Origin: Antechinus flavipes
Taxonomy: Eukaryota
DNA length: 64,000 bases
Direction: 5' to 3'
Assembly (NCBI RefSeq): GCF_016432865.1
Contig: NC_067400.1
Location: 612,932,001-612,996,000, forward strand
Every line of letters starts with the position of its first letter. The first letter of the stretch is position 1. Below are positions 1-12,695 of the stretch, piece after piece. The notes beneath the pieces were generated by a model, which was not told where the DNA came from, searched no databases, and saw nothing but the letters and a program-made list of their open reading frames with translations. Both the position numbers and the translations under genes were made by a program.

Positions 1-255
1 TTTGCATAAGACATAATTGCTTTTTTAAATGATTGTACTAATTCACAACTCCACCAACAATGCATTTATGTACTATCCAGTACTTGTCCAAAAACTGACT
101 TTTTCCAGTTTTTGTCATCTTTGACAATTCTCTGGGGAGGAAGTAAAACCTCAGAGTTGTTTTGATTTGCCTTCCACTTATCAGTGATTTGAGGTATTTT
201 CTTATGTGATTGTATTCGTTTGTAATTTTTCTTCTGAGAACTGCTCACTATTCTA
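1..255 (-). mobile_element. LINE-1 ORF2 3' fragment (repeated in each array unit at ~7850-8190 and ~15735-16070)
   Basis: The minus strand translates QIKTTLRFYFLPRELSKMT, matching the L1 ORF2 C-terminal QIKTTLRYHLTP.R.AKM motif. The copy at ~7850-7990 also resembles the L1 'ccctttgacccagca' segment. Confidence 0.75.
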
Positions 256-2793
256 ACAACTTTTGACCATGTTTCTGTTGGGAACTGTCTATTAAAGTTA
301 CGTTCACTGGAGGGACCTTTGTTGAAGCATAATCCATAGGCAGGTCTGTGAATCTGATGTAGTAGTCACTTCCTTCTGCACCCCGCCCCCCCACCCCACC
401 CCCTACCTTTATCCCCAGCCAGAGATTCATCCTGATACCTGCAATACCAAATTAGGAAGACTCAACTAAAGAAGTGTAGGTCTCAGAGAAAGGAGATTAC
501 TGTGGAATTTTTGTTTTCTGGGAAGGGTATCTACGCAACAGGGTAGTAGCACAAGTCTTGAGGAGATTGGGGGGCCCTGAAAACAACATCAAATACAGTT
601 CTTTTTCATTGAGAAGTAATGGATTTTTCTCTTTCTGTTTTGGTTTATTCACTTTTACATCTTTAGCATCTTAGGTGTGTTTTCTACATGATTAAATACA
701 AGTTTCCTCATCCCTAAAGTTCATACTATACATTAAATATCTGTATGAGTTGGGGGCTCTCTTACCTACATTTAGAGAAACTGAGTCATGCGCTATGGTT
801 TATTTTGGAGTTTTTCCTGCATTAATTGCAGGTGTGTTTGGGGGGAAGATGAAAGAAAAGAAACTGACTTCTTTGGATTCCTTCAGATTAGGAATATTTC
901 CTGTGAGTTTATAATTTTCATGGGGCAGTGAGGAAGAGGTTCCCAAGTTGTGAATACACATGAAGAGTAAATTATTTAAGATGAGGGAAAAAATATGCTG
1001 AACAATCAAAGCAGTGTTGCCCATTTGAAAGAGTTATTGACATCCCCAAATAGAAAATGGATGGGCGAACAGATATTGACCCAGATAATAAAAGTTTCTA
1101 GAGAAGTTTAGCCTGTGTAAATCAAAGGACTCTATAAGCCACTTGAGTCAGCAAATGTCTGATCTATTTGCCAAGTGGAGAGATGTGGTAGCTAAGGGCA
1201 GTACCAATTTTACAATATAAAACGGTAAGTTGGTAAGGAAGAATTTGAGCAGTATCAACTCAGGAAACAGCGAGAAGCAGAGAAATTTGGAGAAAGCTTG
1301 GCAGGATCTTGGCAACTAAAAACATTCATCATGAGGACATTTAAAGATGAAAGTGGAAATAACAAAAGATTAAAGTCCAGAAAGAGAAGTAAATATTTTC
1401 ATGTAACACCTGTGGACAGTGTGTGACACTTGGTGAGTACTCCATGTGTCAACTGGTCCACAGCAGCTGTGTAAGAAGTCTATGTCATCGATTTTCGTGT
1501 CATCATCTTGAAACCCACAGGAAATCAGTATTCCTTGATTCAGTGGGGGGCTGGGGGGGGGAGGGAGAGGACAGCATATTTGAACTGTCCCCCAGATGGT
1601 GCTATAGATTCAAGTCACCAACCAAGTGGTCTCATCAGGGTCTCTGGCACCAAACCTCCCTCACCCCACCAAGCAGTCTGGCTCTAAACAAATGCGCAAG
1701 TAAGCCAAAACAAAACTTGATCAAAAGAAAATCTATTCTGACCAGGTTCTGAATGCAGATTAGAGGGTTATGAAATATTAAAAACATTAAAATGTGAAAT
1801 CATTGGTCTCCACAGAACTCAAAGTCCCCCAACGCTTCATCTGGTCTTTATCCGTTGAAACAACCTCTTTTCTCTCAATTCATAAGGCTATAGCCACATA
1901 AGAAAAAATGTAGGAAAAAGGGTTCAGTGTGCTTGCTTGGAGTATTTTTAATCCCAAACTTATCACCAAACTTCCTTTTCCTTGCCTTATTGCCATTTTT
2001 TTTTGAGTTGTCAGAAGGACAATTTCAAAACACTTGTACTCTGACTCTGCAGGTCATGAAAAAAGAACAAGTGTATATTTATGGGAAATTGTGGGGAGGA
2101 GAATTGTATGTCTGAAACCCCACCTCAGGTACTGAATTAAGATCAGTGGAAGATTTGGAAAGAGAAGGTGGTAGATGGGTGTCCCTAGCTCCTTCCCCAC
2201 CAAAAGGATTTTCAAAAGCTGAACCTTCTAGCCACTAGTCTACCATTACCATGGGTCTTGACTGTTCCAACTGCTACCGTTGTCCAATCTGGTGGTCCCA
2301 GCTCTCCCAGGACAGTCCTGATTGCAGCAAGTCCCTACAACCTGCCCCACTCCTCACATCTTCAAAGGGTGTCAGGAAATCTCTCTTGAGATCAAAGAGG
2401 GACACAAGGGAGAAAATTAATTTTAGGCAAAAGCAACAGTCTCCCTTCCCTTTTCCAATGTTAGGCTTTCCTTCTTGTCGTGGAGCTCTAATTCAACAAG
2501 ATATTATCCCACAGCCTTGTAATGATGTTTCCCCACACTCGTGGGCATGTTTTTGGTGAGCAATGCTCCTCCATTTTTTCCATCCTCAAACAGTCAAACC
2601 CAAAGGCACTGTGTGGGGCACAGGTTAAATCTTTTCACTATCAAGGATAGTTGATCTATCTGGCCTCTAATAGCATAGTCCCAGATGTGCTAAGAGAGCA
2701 AAGGAAATAGCAAAGAAGAAAACAGAGATGTGGGCTAGAGGCAACCCAGTTATGAAGATGTTGAAAGGATATTCCCAGAATATGTAAACCCAA

Positions 2794-3362
2794 GGGCGCC
2801 ATTTGTTACGGGAGCCTCCTGTTATTGGCTGCTGAGGATCTACTTCCCCATTTTTTGTTTTATGGGGATACAATTATTTTCCCTCAACTGCATGGTCTCT
2901 TCGTTTGTCCAGTAAGGTCAAGGGCTGTTATCCGAGTCTGAATGTTGAGGAATGCAAAGAGCATTATCAAAGTCTTTCTGTCCTATTCTGGATGGTTGCA
3001 GAGGGAGACGCTATAGTAGGTATTGCGTCTTGTGAGATGTCACGGAGGCAAACTTTCTGACAGATTGAGAAGTAGTCAGAAGAGGCATTTTTCATAAGTC
3101 TCTCCTCAGTCTCCTGGCTTGACACTTTGGTGCGTTGGCCCATTTTAATTACCCCAACTGAAAAAGTCTTACCAGCTCTCTTCTCCTTTTCCTTCCCCAC
3201 AGGTTACAGCAGGAATTCTCCCAGGAGGATCCCATTCACGAACAGCTCTCAAGCACTGCTGCTGCTGCTGCTGCTTCTTTGTTTCTTATGATTCGGGTGC
3301 CCCACGCTGGGCGCCATTTGTTCCTGAAGCCTCCTGTTAGTGGCTGCTGGGGATCTACTTCT
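2794..3362 (-). mobile_element. Degenerate class II (betaretrovirus-like) ERV 5' remnant: U5 end, PBS-Lys1,2, splice donor, MGQ start
   Basis: Minus strand reads ...aggaaCA-aa-TGGCGCCCAGCGTGGGGC (PBS 3316-3299, 17/18 to the tRNA-Lys(CUU) PBS TGGCGCCCAACGTGGGGC). It is followed by a ctg/GTAAGA donor (~3172) and aaaATGGGCCAA (MGQ, 3143). Counterparts of the PBS lie at 11213-11230 and 19099-19116. Protein homology beyond MGQ is not convincing. Confidence 0.55.
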
Positions 3363-4121
3363 GACCATCAGAATAGATCCTTTCATGTGAGTGGATGATA
3401 TCAATACAAAGAGACTGAGAGGCAGTTGCAATCTCCGATCTCCCTCCTTTTCCTCTTTTGCCTCCAATTGATATCATTCCCAATCCACAAACAACATCTG
3501 TGTCAATAAAAGCTGATTTGCAATTGCTTCAGTTATGTTAGGATTCACCGTTGTGGGGGCTTTCTGGAGAACTGACCTGCCCCTTCCCACTCAGGCACAA
3601 TCCTTAACAGTTCCCTGTTTTTTGTTTTGTTTCCATTGCTTCAAGCAACAGGTTATTTTAGCTTTCTAGAGAAATTCCATGGTCTCTTCAAAGATGAAGA
3701 ATGATAACTGGTGGGGCTGTGATGTGTAATTGGACATACAATGTATGAAACTGGTTTTGCAGTATACCCATTTTGTACATCCATTGCTAATAGACGAAGA
3801 GCTGGGTCCATAATTGTAAAGGAAAAAGAAAGCAGAAACAATCGCTTTTGGGTAATTACACTATTATTTTCATAACTTTAAGCTTCTCCCAGAAAAAAGG
3901 GCGCCCAAGAACAGTAACATTTATATGTTTATGAGGAGTGCAAAACAATTTACATACATTGATTTGATTCTCCCCAAAACTTTTGTGAATAAAGTGTTAC
4001 AAGTATTATTGGCTCCATTTTATACGTGAGAGAACTAAAGCAGAGAGAAATTAAATAATTTGCTCTAGTTCACACAGATTCCCAGAGGAGGAGATATTTG
4101 GCTAACGAGTCACTGGGTAGA

Positions 4122-4260
4122 GGGGCAGCTCGATGGCAGTGGATAGAGCACCGGCCCTAAAGACAGGCTGACCTGAGTTCAGATTCAGCCTCAGACACTT
4201 AACATTTCCTACCTGTGTGGGCTATTGACTTAACTCCAATCGTCTCTGTACAAAGAGAAA
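4122..4260 (+). mobile_element. Marsupial CORE-SINE (WSINE1/MAR1-like); copies at 12032-12170 and 19918-20056
   Basis: ggggcagctcgatggcagtggatagagcaccggccct...gacctgagttcagattcagcctcagacacttaac matches the tRNA-derived head and core of marsupial CORE-SINEs. Confidence 0.8.
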
Positions 4261-4602
4261 AGTTCAGTAAGAGTCTTGGATAGAGGAAAGATTTGGAGGA
4301 AATTGATAGGGTAAAAAAGGGGAGAAGGAGGAAGCTGAGAGTAAAAGATTGGAGGGGAGCCAGAGGAAAAAGGGAGAGATGCGCTGAAGGAGGAGTGCCG
4401 GCATAGGAAGCTCCAAGGGAGAAAGAAGGGAAGAAAAAGGGGGCGCGGGGGAGTATGGGCAGGGGCAGGGTGGAAGTCTGAAAGGGGGATGAGCCAGGAA
4501 GAGGCCGCGAGGAGGGAAGATGCGCCCCAACCGGGGTGAGCCCAAGAGCTGCTTCTTTGTGGAATGATTTCTTTCCAGGCTCCCTTAGGCTGGACCTTGC
4601 TC

Positions 4603-4752
4603 TTTCCGTTTCCCTCTCCCGGTACCCGCCCTTTCAAGGTAAGAACCTTGCAGACACACCTGGCCCCGTCCAAGCCTTTCGCAGCGAGATTTTACGAATC
4701 TCTTTCCATTTTTCATACATCAGGGGAATCTCCGGCTTGGCCGCTTAAAAGT
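4603..4752 (+). promoter_or_regulatory. IFN-lambda copy 1 proximal promoter: IRF site, NF-kB site, TATA-like box
   Basis: TTTCCGTTTC (4603-4612; reverse GAAACGGAAA, IRF-E), GGGAATCTCC (4724-4733; NF-kB consensus GGGRNNYYCC) and TTAAAA (4745-4750), all upstream of ATG 4805. The NF-kB and TATA-like motifs are also present in copies 2 and 3. Confidence 0.7.
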
Positions 4753-4804
4753 GCGGGGATGAAGCGGTCTCCTGAGACACTTGCAGCCTCATCTCTCCAA
4801 GGCC

Positions 4805-6139
4805 ATGATGCTTCGGCAGGCTCTCCCCTTGCTGCTTTCTGCCCTGATGTCAGGAGCGATGTCGAAGTCCCTGGCCCCGACTCCCAACAGCCTTCCCCCC
4901 GAGAGGAGCTGCCAGATGAGCCAGTTCAAGTCTCTTTCGCCTCGGGAGCTGGAAGCCTTCAAGGTGGCCCAGAATGCCTACGTAAGTTCCTGGAAGGCTT
5001 TTTGTACTCCACTCCTGCCACCTCCCACTTCCCGGGAAAGGGGTGGGGGACGGGGGTGGGGTCTAACCTCGATCTCTTTTACTGTCCTCCAATACTCATC
5101 TCTCGCACTTAGGTCTAACGTTGATCCTTCCTTCTTGAGCTCTGTCCCTTTCTGTGTTTCTAATCTCCGTCCTACATCGCAAGGACCTAGAAGGGTCACA
5201 AGCCTTTAACGTCTTCCTCTTCATCCCCTCAAGGAGAAGACCATGCTTCAGACGGAGAGGAAATGTAGCTCCAGATTCTTCCACAGAAACTGGGACCTTC
5301 GGCAGCTGCCGGTAAGAAGGGGCGCTCCCCACCTGTCAGTCCCATATCATCTTTCTCCAAAATCTGTCGCATCTCCATTTCTCTCCCCCTTCTGTCGGTC
5401 CTCCCCCCGTCTCTTCCGCTGTCCCCTTCATCAGCCTCTCCCTCACAACGCCTCTCATCTCTCCCCTCACAGCTATCAGTTCGGCCCGTGCTCTTAGAGG
5501 CTGAGCTGAAATTGACTCTGGAGGTCTTGAAAGCCGTAACCAAGCCGGAGTTGGACAGCGTTCTGGCTCAGCCCCTACAAACGCTCAGCCACATCCACCA
5601 AGAGATCCAAAGCTGTGTGAGTACCGGAGGGTGGGCGGGGCTTCCCTGGACCAATGGGTATGGAGCTGTTCCCTGTCTCTCAGGTGCCTGGTTCCTTTGC
5701 AGTGAGGCTGAGAGACTGCAATACCTGGATCTCTCCTCTCCCCACCCATCAAACGCCTGGGTTCCCTGCGCTTTTATCAAGTCCACTCTCTCCCTACACA
5801 GGTGACTTCCCAGCCCTCTAAAGAACACAGGCTTCCAGGACGCCTGAAGAATTGGCTGAACAAATTCAGTGAGGCCAGAAAGGTAAGTTAGAAAAGCTTC
5901 AGATCTACAACTAGCACCTGGGGATCCAAGGGAGGAGTCAGAGGGGACCCCAGAGTCTGGGCAGCAAGAGACTCTGTCTCCCTCTGAGGGACTCAGGATT
6001 CCCCGGAGGACACTTACCCCTGTGTCTATTCTCTTCTCTTCAGGAGCCTCACAATTGCCTCGAAGCATCCATCATGCTCAATCTCTTCCGACTCTTGCTC
6101 CAAGACCTCCGATGTGTAGCCTATGGGGACCTATGTTGA
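4805..6139 (+). CDS. IFNL3: Interferon lambda (IFNL2/3-like), copy 1, intact, 191 aa
   Basis: Exons 4805-4981, 5234-5311, 5473-5616, 5802-5882, 6044-6139, all GT-AG and phase 0. Protein MMLRQALPLLLS...SCQMSQFKSLSPRELEAF...WDLRQL...LEAELKLTLEVL...CLEASIMLNLFRLL..DLRCVAYGDLC has a signal peptide and six Cys matching the three IFNL2/3 disulfides, with no N-glycosylation sequon. AATAAA at 6304-6309. One-to-one orthology to a specific human paralog is not resolvable. Confidence 0.97.
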
Positions 6140-7665
6140 AGTTCCAGACCCAGCTTGAGGTCTGAGACTGAACTTTTGCACTCCAAATATTATTTATGGA
6201 ACAACACCCTTCTAATTTATTCATTCCCTCCACCCCTAACACTCACATACTTTATATGCCAGAGGATAGTTTTGTACTTTTGTATTTTTTCTATATTTTG
6301 TTAAATAAATAAGAAAACACACAAAAAATATTGAAAGCTCGTCTGTCGTTTTGTAGTTGTTTTCTGTGTGACTGTTTGTGGCTTTAAGCAAGTGTGGTTG
6401 TGGGTTTTTGTGTGTGGCTCTGAGCAGGTGAGTTTGTGGATTTGTAGGTTTGTGTGTGCAATTGTAGATCTGTATGTGGCTGTGAACAGGTAGGGTTATG
6501 AATGTGTGAATGCAATTGTGGGTTTGTGTATATAGTCAGAGGGCTGTGTATGGCTGTGAGCTTGTGGGATTGTGGGTTTGTATGTGTGGGTATAAGTGGG
6601 ACTGTAGGATGTGTGCGTTGACCTGGATCTCCGTGTGGCTGCAGTCCGGGTCTCCTTTGACCTCGCTTGTGGGCTCCACTTTGCTGGGAAGGTAGTACCT
6701 GGGCTGGAAAATTAGATTGCATTTAATAGGGACTCTAGTCGACCAATCCTGCCTGACTCTGAGTGAGCCCCTTGGACATAGGTGATAGGGACCAGGAATC
6801 CGTGTACCCTCTTAGCGGAGCCAGCTGGATGCTGGGCTTGGGAGACCATCAGACATAAAGAGATTTCTTGATTCAGTGTCCTCCCTTGAGAAAGAAGACA
6901 GTCCATGGAATTTGTGCATCTTGCCTCACTTGAAGAACAAAGACCCTATGGCATTTACACACAAATTTGCTTCTCCCTCTTCCTCAATCAGAGCAACTAA
7001 AGATGGAACATAAAATAAAGGGGGATGGGGCAGAAAACAGAGTAATGATCGAAATGATGATTAAATAACAAATTATTGCAGAGATTTCTGACCTTACCCA
7101 AAATTTGGGCTACCTATCCTGTCTAGGGGGAGCTGTTTGCCCATTCAAGTAGGAAAACCTTTCCAAGAGATTCTAGTCCCAAGAAATGAAGTCTTCTGTG
7201 TTTTAGCCTGCCAAGACTGAGGAGAGGCAGAACCCTTTTGTCAAGACGGCCCTAGGTAGGGGTAGTTTGGATAAGAGTAAAGTCTCTTTGTCTAAGACTG
7301 AGTGATCCAATCAAATTCCCCCATTCCCTCATTAAGAGAAGCCCACCTCTCATTATAATATTCATTCTTCTCATGAATTTTGAAGCTATCGGTTAGTGCC
7401 ATCCTTAGGAACAACTCTGATTCCCAAGTGTATATAAGCATTGACTGGCTTCCATGAGGAGTCTTTGGCACCCAGAAATGCCACAGATCCAAATGTCAAA
7501 GACCACTTTTAAATAATTAGGCTGCTATATGTATGTATGTGTGAAAAAAGAATCCAAAATAGGGGTCACAGAGAGTCAGGCAGGAATGAAACAATTCAAC
7601 AAGAGTCAATGGACATTTCTTTTGTTTCCAGTTTTTTCTACTAGAAAAAAATATATGTTAAAATT

Positions 7666-7805
7666 AGCTAGATGGTACAGTGGTTAAAGTATGGGCCTTG
7701 AAGTCAGGAGGATCTGAGTTCAAATGTGATCAGACACTTAAGACTTCCTAGCTATGTGAACCTGGGCAAGTCACTTAACCCTTACTTCCTCATGCAAAAA
7801 AAAAG
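7666..7805 (+). mobile_element. CORE-SINE (WSINE1/MAR1-like) with A tail; copy at 15556-15693
   Basis: agctagatggtacagtgg...gaggatctgagttcaaat...cctgggcaagtcacttaaccc followed by an A-run. Confidence 0.8.
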
Positions 7806-10800
7806 GTGTAATATTATATATAGATATATAGATATATAGATTCTTATTTCATATCAATGAGCTGTCTGGAGTATATGTCTAGCAATAGAATCTGGGTCAA
7901 AGAGCATGGACTAAAAGCTAAAAATCTTCTTCATTTGCATAAGACATAATTGCTTTTTTAAATGATTGTACTAATTCACAACTCCACCAACAATGCATTT
8001 ATGTACTATCCAGTACTTGTCCAAAAACTGACTTTTTCCAGTTTTTGTCATCTTTGACAATTCTCTGGGGAGGAAGTAAAACCTCAGAGTTGTTTTGATT
8101 TGCCTTCCACTTATCAGTGATTTGAGGTATTTTCTTATGTGATTGTATTCGTTTGTAATTTTTCTTCTGAGAACTGCTCACTATTCTAACAACTTTTGAC
8201 CATGTTTCTGTTGGGAACTGTCTATTAAAGTTACGTTCACTGGAGGGACCTTTGTTGAAGCATAATCCATAGGCAGGTCTGTGAATCTGATGTAGTAGTC
8301 ACTTCCTTCTGCACCCCGCCCCCCCACCCCACCCCCTACCTTTATCCCCAACCAGAGATTCATCCTGATACCTGCAATACCAAATTAGGAAGACTCAACT
8401 AAAGAAGTGTAGGTCTCAGAGAAAGGAGATTACTGTGGCATTTTTACTTTCTGGGAAGGGTATCTACGCAACAGGGTAGTAGCACAAGTCTTGAGGAGAT
8501 TGGGAGGCCCTGAAAACAACATCAAATTCAGTTCTTTTCCATTGAGAGGTGATGGATTTTTCTCTTTCTGTTTTGGTTCATTCACTTTTATATCTTTAGC
8601 ATCTTAGGTGTGTTTTCTACATGATCAAATACAAGTTGCCTCATCCCTAAAGTTCATATTATACATTAAATACCTGTATGAGTTGGGGGCTCTCTTACCT
8701 ACATTTAGATTAACTGAGTCATGCGCTATGGTTTATTTTGGAGTTTTTCCTGCATTAATTCCAGGTGTGTGTGTGGGGAAGATGAAAGAAAAGAAACTGA
8801 CTTCTTTGGATTCCTTCAGATTAGGAATATTTCCTGTGAGTTTATAATTTTCATGGGGCAGTGAGGAAGAGGTTCCCAAGTTGCCAATACACATGAAGAT
8901 TAAATTATTTAAGATGAGGGAAAAATATGCTGAACAATCAAAGCAGTGATGCCCATTTGAAAGAGTTATTGACATCCCCAAATAGAAAATGGATGGGCGA
9001 ACAGATATTGACCCAGATAATAAAAGTTTCTAGAGAAGTTTAGCCTGTGTAAATCAAAGGACTCTATAAACCACTTGAGTCAGCAAATGTCTGATCTATT
9101 TGCCAAGTGGAGAGATGTGGTAGCTAAGGGCAGTACCAATTTTACAATATAAAACGGTAAGTTGGTAAGGAAGAGTTTGAGCAGTATCAACTCAGGAAAC
9201 AGCGAGAAGCAGAGAAATTTGGAGAAAGCTTGGCAGGATCTTGGCAACTAAAAACATTCATCATGAGGACATTTAAAGATGAAAGTGGAAATAACAAAAG
9301 ATTAAAGTCCAGAAAGAGAAGTAAATATTTTCATGTAACACCTGTGGACAGTGTGTGACACTTGGTGAGTACTCCATGTGTCAACTGGTCCACAGCAGCT
9401 GTGTAAGAAGTCTATGTCATCGATTTTCGTGTCATCATCTTGAAACCCACAGGAAATCAGTATTCCTTGATTCAGTGGGGGGGTGGGGAGGGGAGGGAGA
9501 GGCCAGCATATTTGAACTGTCCCCCAGATGGTGCTATAGATTCAAGTCACCAACCAAGTGGTCTCATCAGGGTCTCTGGTACCAAACCTCTCCCACCCCA
9601 CCAAGCAGTCTGGCTCTAAACAAATGGGCAAGTAAGCCAAAACAAAACTTGATCAAAAGAAAATCTATTCTGACCAGGTTCTGAATGGAGATTAGAGGGT
9701 TATGAAATATTAAAAACATTAAAATATGAAATCATTGGTCTCCACAGAACTCAAAGTCCCCCAACGCTTCATCTGGTCTTTATCCGTTGAAACAACCTCT
9801 TTTCTCTCAATTCATAAGGCTATAGCCACATAACAAAAAATGTAGGAAAAAGGTTCAGTGTGCTTGCTTGGAGTATTTTTAACCCCAAACTTATCACCAA
9901 ACTTCCTTTTCCTTGCCTTATTGCCATTTTTTTTTGAGTTGTCAGAGGGACAATTTCAAAACACCTGTACTCTGACTCTGCAGGTCATGAAAAAAGAACA
10001 AGTGTATATTTGTGGGAAATTGTGGGGAGGAGAATTGTATGTCTGAAACCCCACCTCAGGTACTGAATTAAGATCAGTGGAAGATTTGGAAAGAGAAGGT
10101 GGTAGATGGGTGTCCCTAGCTCCTTCCCCACCAAAAGGATTTTCAAAAGCTGAACCTTCTAGCCACTAGTCTACCATTACCATGGGTCTTGACTGTTCCA
10201 ACTGGTGGATCCCAGCTCTCCCAGGACAGTCCTGATTGCAGCAAGTCCCTACAACCTGCCCCACTCCCCACATCTTCAAAGGGTGTCAGGAAATCTCTCT
10301 TGAGATCAAAGAGGGACACAAGGGAGAAAATTAATTTTAGGCAAAAGCAACAGTCTCCCTTCCCTTTTCCAATGTTAGGCTTTCCTTCTTGTCATGGAGC
10401 TCTAATTCAACAAGATATTATCCCACAGCCTTGTAATGATGTTTCCCCACACTCGTGGGCATGTTTTTGGTGAGCAATGCTCCTCCCTTTTTTCCATCCT
10501 CAAACAGTCAAACCCAAAGGCACTGTGTGGGGCACAGTTAAATCTTTTCACTATCAAGGATAGTTGATCTATCTGGCCTCTAATAGCATAGTCCCAGATG
10601 TGCTAAGAGAGCCAATGGAAATAGCAAAGAAGAAAACAGAGATGTGGGCTAGAGGCAACCCAGTTATGAAGATGTTGAAAGGATATTCCCAGAGTATGTG
10701 AACCCAAGGGCGCCATTTGTTACAGGAGCCTCCTGTTATTGGCTGCTGAGGATCTACCTCCCCATTTTTTGTTTTATGGGGACACAATTATTTTCCCCCA

Positions 10801-12695
10801 ACTGCATGGTCTCTTCGTTTGTCCAGGAAGGTCAAGGGCTGTTATCCGAGTCTGAATGTTGAGGAATGCAAAGAGCACTATCAAAGTCTTTTTGTCCTAT
10901 TCTGGATGGTTGCAGAGGGAGACACTATAGTAGGTATTGGGTCTTGTGAGATGTCACGGAGGCAAACTTTCTGACAGATTGAGAAGTAGTCAGAAGAGGC
11001 ATTTTTCATAAGTCTCTCCTCAGTCTCCTGGCTTGACACTTTGGTGCGTTGGCCCATTTTAATTACCCCAACTGAAAAAGTCTTACCAGCTCTCTTCTCC
11101 TTTTCCTTCCCCACAGGTTACAGCAGGAATTCTCCCAGGAGGATCCCATTCACGAACAGCTCTCAAGCACTGCTGCTGCTGCTGCTGCTTCTTTGTTTCT
11201 TATGATTCGGGTGCCTCACGCTGGGCGCCATTTGTTCCTGAAGCCTCCTGTTAGTGGCTGCTGGGGATCTACTTCTGACCATCAGAATAGATCCTTTCAT
11301 GTGAGTGGATGATATCAATACAAAGAGACTGAGAGGCAGTTGCAATCTCCGATTTCACTCCTTTTCCTCTTTTGCCTCCAATTGATTTCATTCCCAATCC
11401 ACAAACAACATCTGTGTCAATAAAAGCTGATTTGCAATTGCTTCAGTTATGTTAGGATTCACCGTTGTGGGGGCTTTCTGGAGAACTGACCTGCCCCTTC
11501 CCACTCAGGCACAATCCTTAACAGTTCCCCGTTTTTTGTTTTGTTTCCATTGCTTCAAGCAACAGGTTATTTTAGCTTTCTAGAGAAATTCCATGGTCTC
11601 TTCAAAGATGAAGAATGATAACTGGTCGGGCTGTGATGTGTAATTGGACATACAGTGTATGAAACTGGTTTTGCAGTATACCTATTTTGTACATCCATTG
11701 CTAATAGACGAAGAGCTGGGTCGATAATTGTAAAGGAAAAAGAAAGCAGAAACAATCGCTTTTGGGAAATTACACTATTATTTTCATAACTTTAACCTTC
11801 TCCCAGAAAAAAAAGGCGCCCAAGAACAGTAACATTTATATGTTTATAAGAAGTGCAAAACAATTTACATACATTGCTTTGATTCTCCCCAAAACTTTGT
11901 GAATAAAGTGTTACAAATATTATTGCCTCCATTTTATACACGAGAACTAAAGCAGAGAGAAATTAAAGTTTGCTCTAGTTCACACAGATTTCCAGAGGAG
12001 GAGATATTTGGCTAACGAGTCACTGGGTAGAGGGGCAGCTCGATGGCAGTGGATAGAGCACCGGCCCTAGAGACAGGCTGACCTGAGTTCAGATTCAGCC
12101 TCAGACACTTAACATTTCCTACCTGTGTGGGCTATTGACTTAACTCCAATCGTCTCTGTACAAAGAGAAAAGTTCAGTAAGAGTCTTGGATAGAGGAAAG
12201 ATTTGGAGGAAATTGATAGGGTAAAAAAGGGGAGAAGGAGGAAGCTGAGAGTAAAAGATTGGAGGGGAGCCAGAGGAAAAAGGGAGAGATGCGCTGAAGG
12301 AGGAGTGCCGGCATAGGAAGCTCCAAGGGAGAAAGAAGGGAAGAAAAAGAAGGGTTATGGGCAGAAGTCTGAAAGGGGGATGAGCCAGGAAGAGGCCGCG
12401 AGGAGGGAAGATGCGCCCCAACCGGGGTGAGCCCAAGAGCTGCTTCTTTGTGGAATGATTTCTTTCCAGGCTCCCTTAGGCTGGACCTTGCTCTTTCCGT
12501 TTCCCTCTCCCGGTACCCGCCCTTTCAAGGTAAGAACCTTGCAGACACACCTGGCCCCGTCCGAGCCTTTCGCAGCGAGATTTTACGAATCTCTTTCCAT
12601 TTTTCATACATCAGGGGAATCTCCGGCTTGGCCGCTTAAAAGTGCGGGGATGAAGCGGTCTCCTGAGACACTTGCAGCCTCATCTCTCCAAGGCC

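Noticed and set aside
2667-2960. Possible env TM-like hydrophobic peptides on the minus strand of the repeat unit
   Set aside because: Requires several frameshifts and shows no clear immunosuppressive domain or CX6CC motif; too speculative without a search.
3256-3274. (CTG)6 trinucleotide run in each unit
   Set aside because: Short, non-coding and the same length in all three copies.
4122-4200. tRNA-like A/B boxes here and in other SINE heads
   Set aside because: They continue into CORE-SINE body sequence and are not functional tRNA genes.
4564-5112. 182-aa ORF (and ATG 4759, MKRSPETL...) overlapping IFNL exon 1 in another frame, repeated in copies 2 and 3
   Set aside because: No recognisable homology. 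Recurrence is explained by the duplication. ATG 4759 is only ~10 nt past the TATA-like box, so probably upstream of the TSS.
6846-12690. Searched between IFNL copies for an IFNL4-like gene
   Set aside because: No exon-like IFNL4 motifs were seen in the ORF track or in the segments translated by hand; a translated search would be needed to exclude a degenerate remnant.
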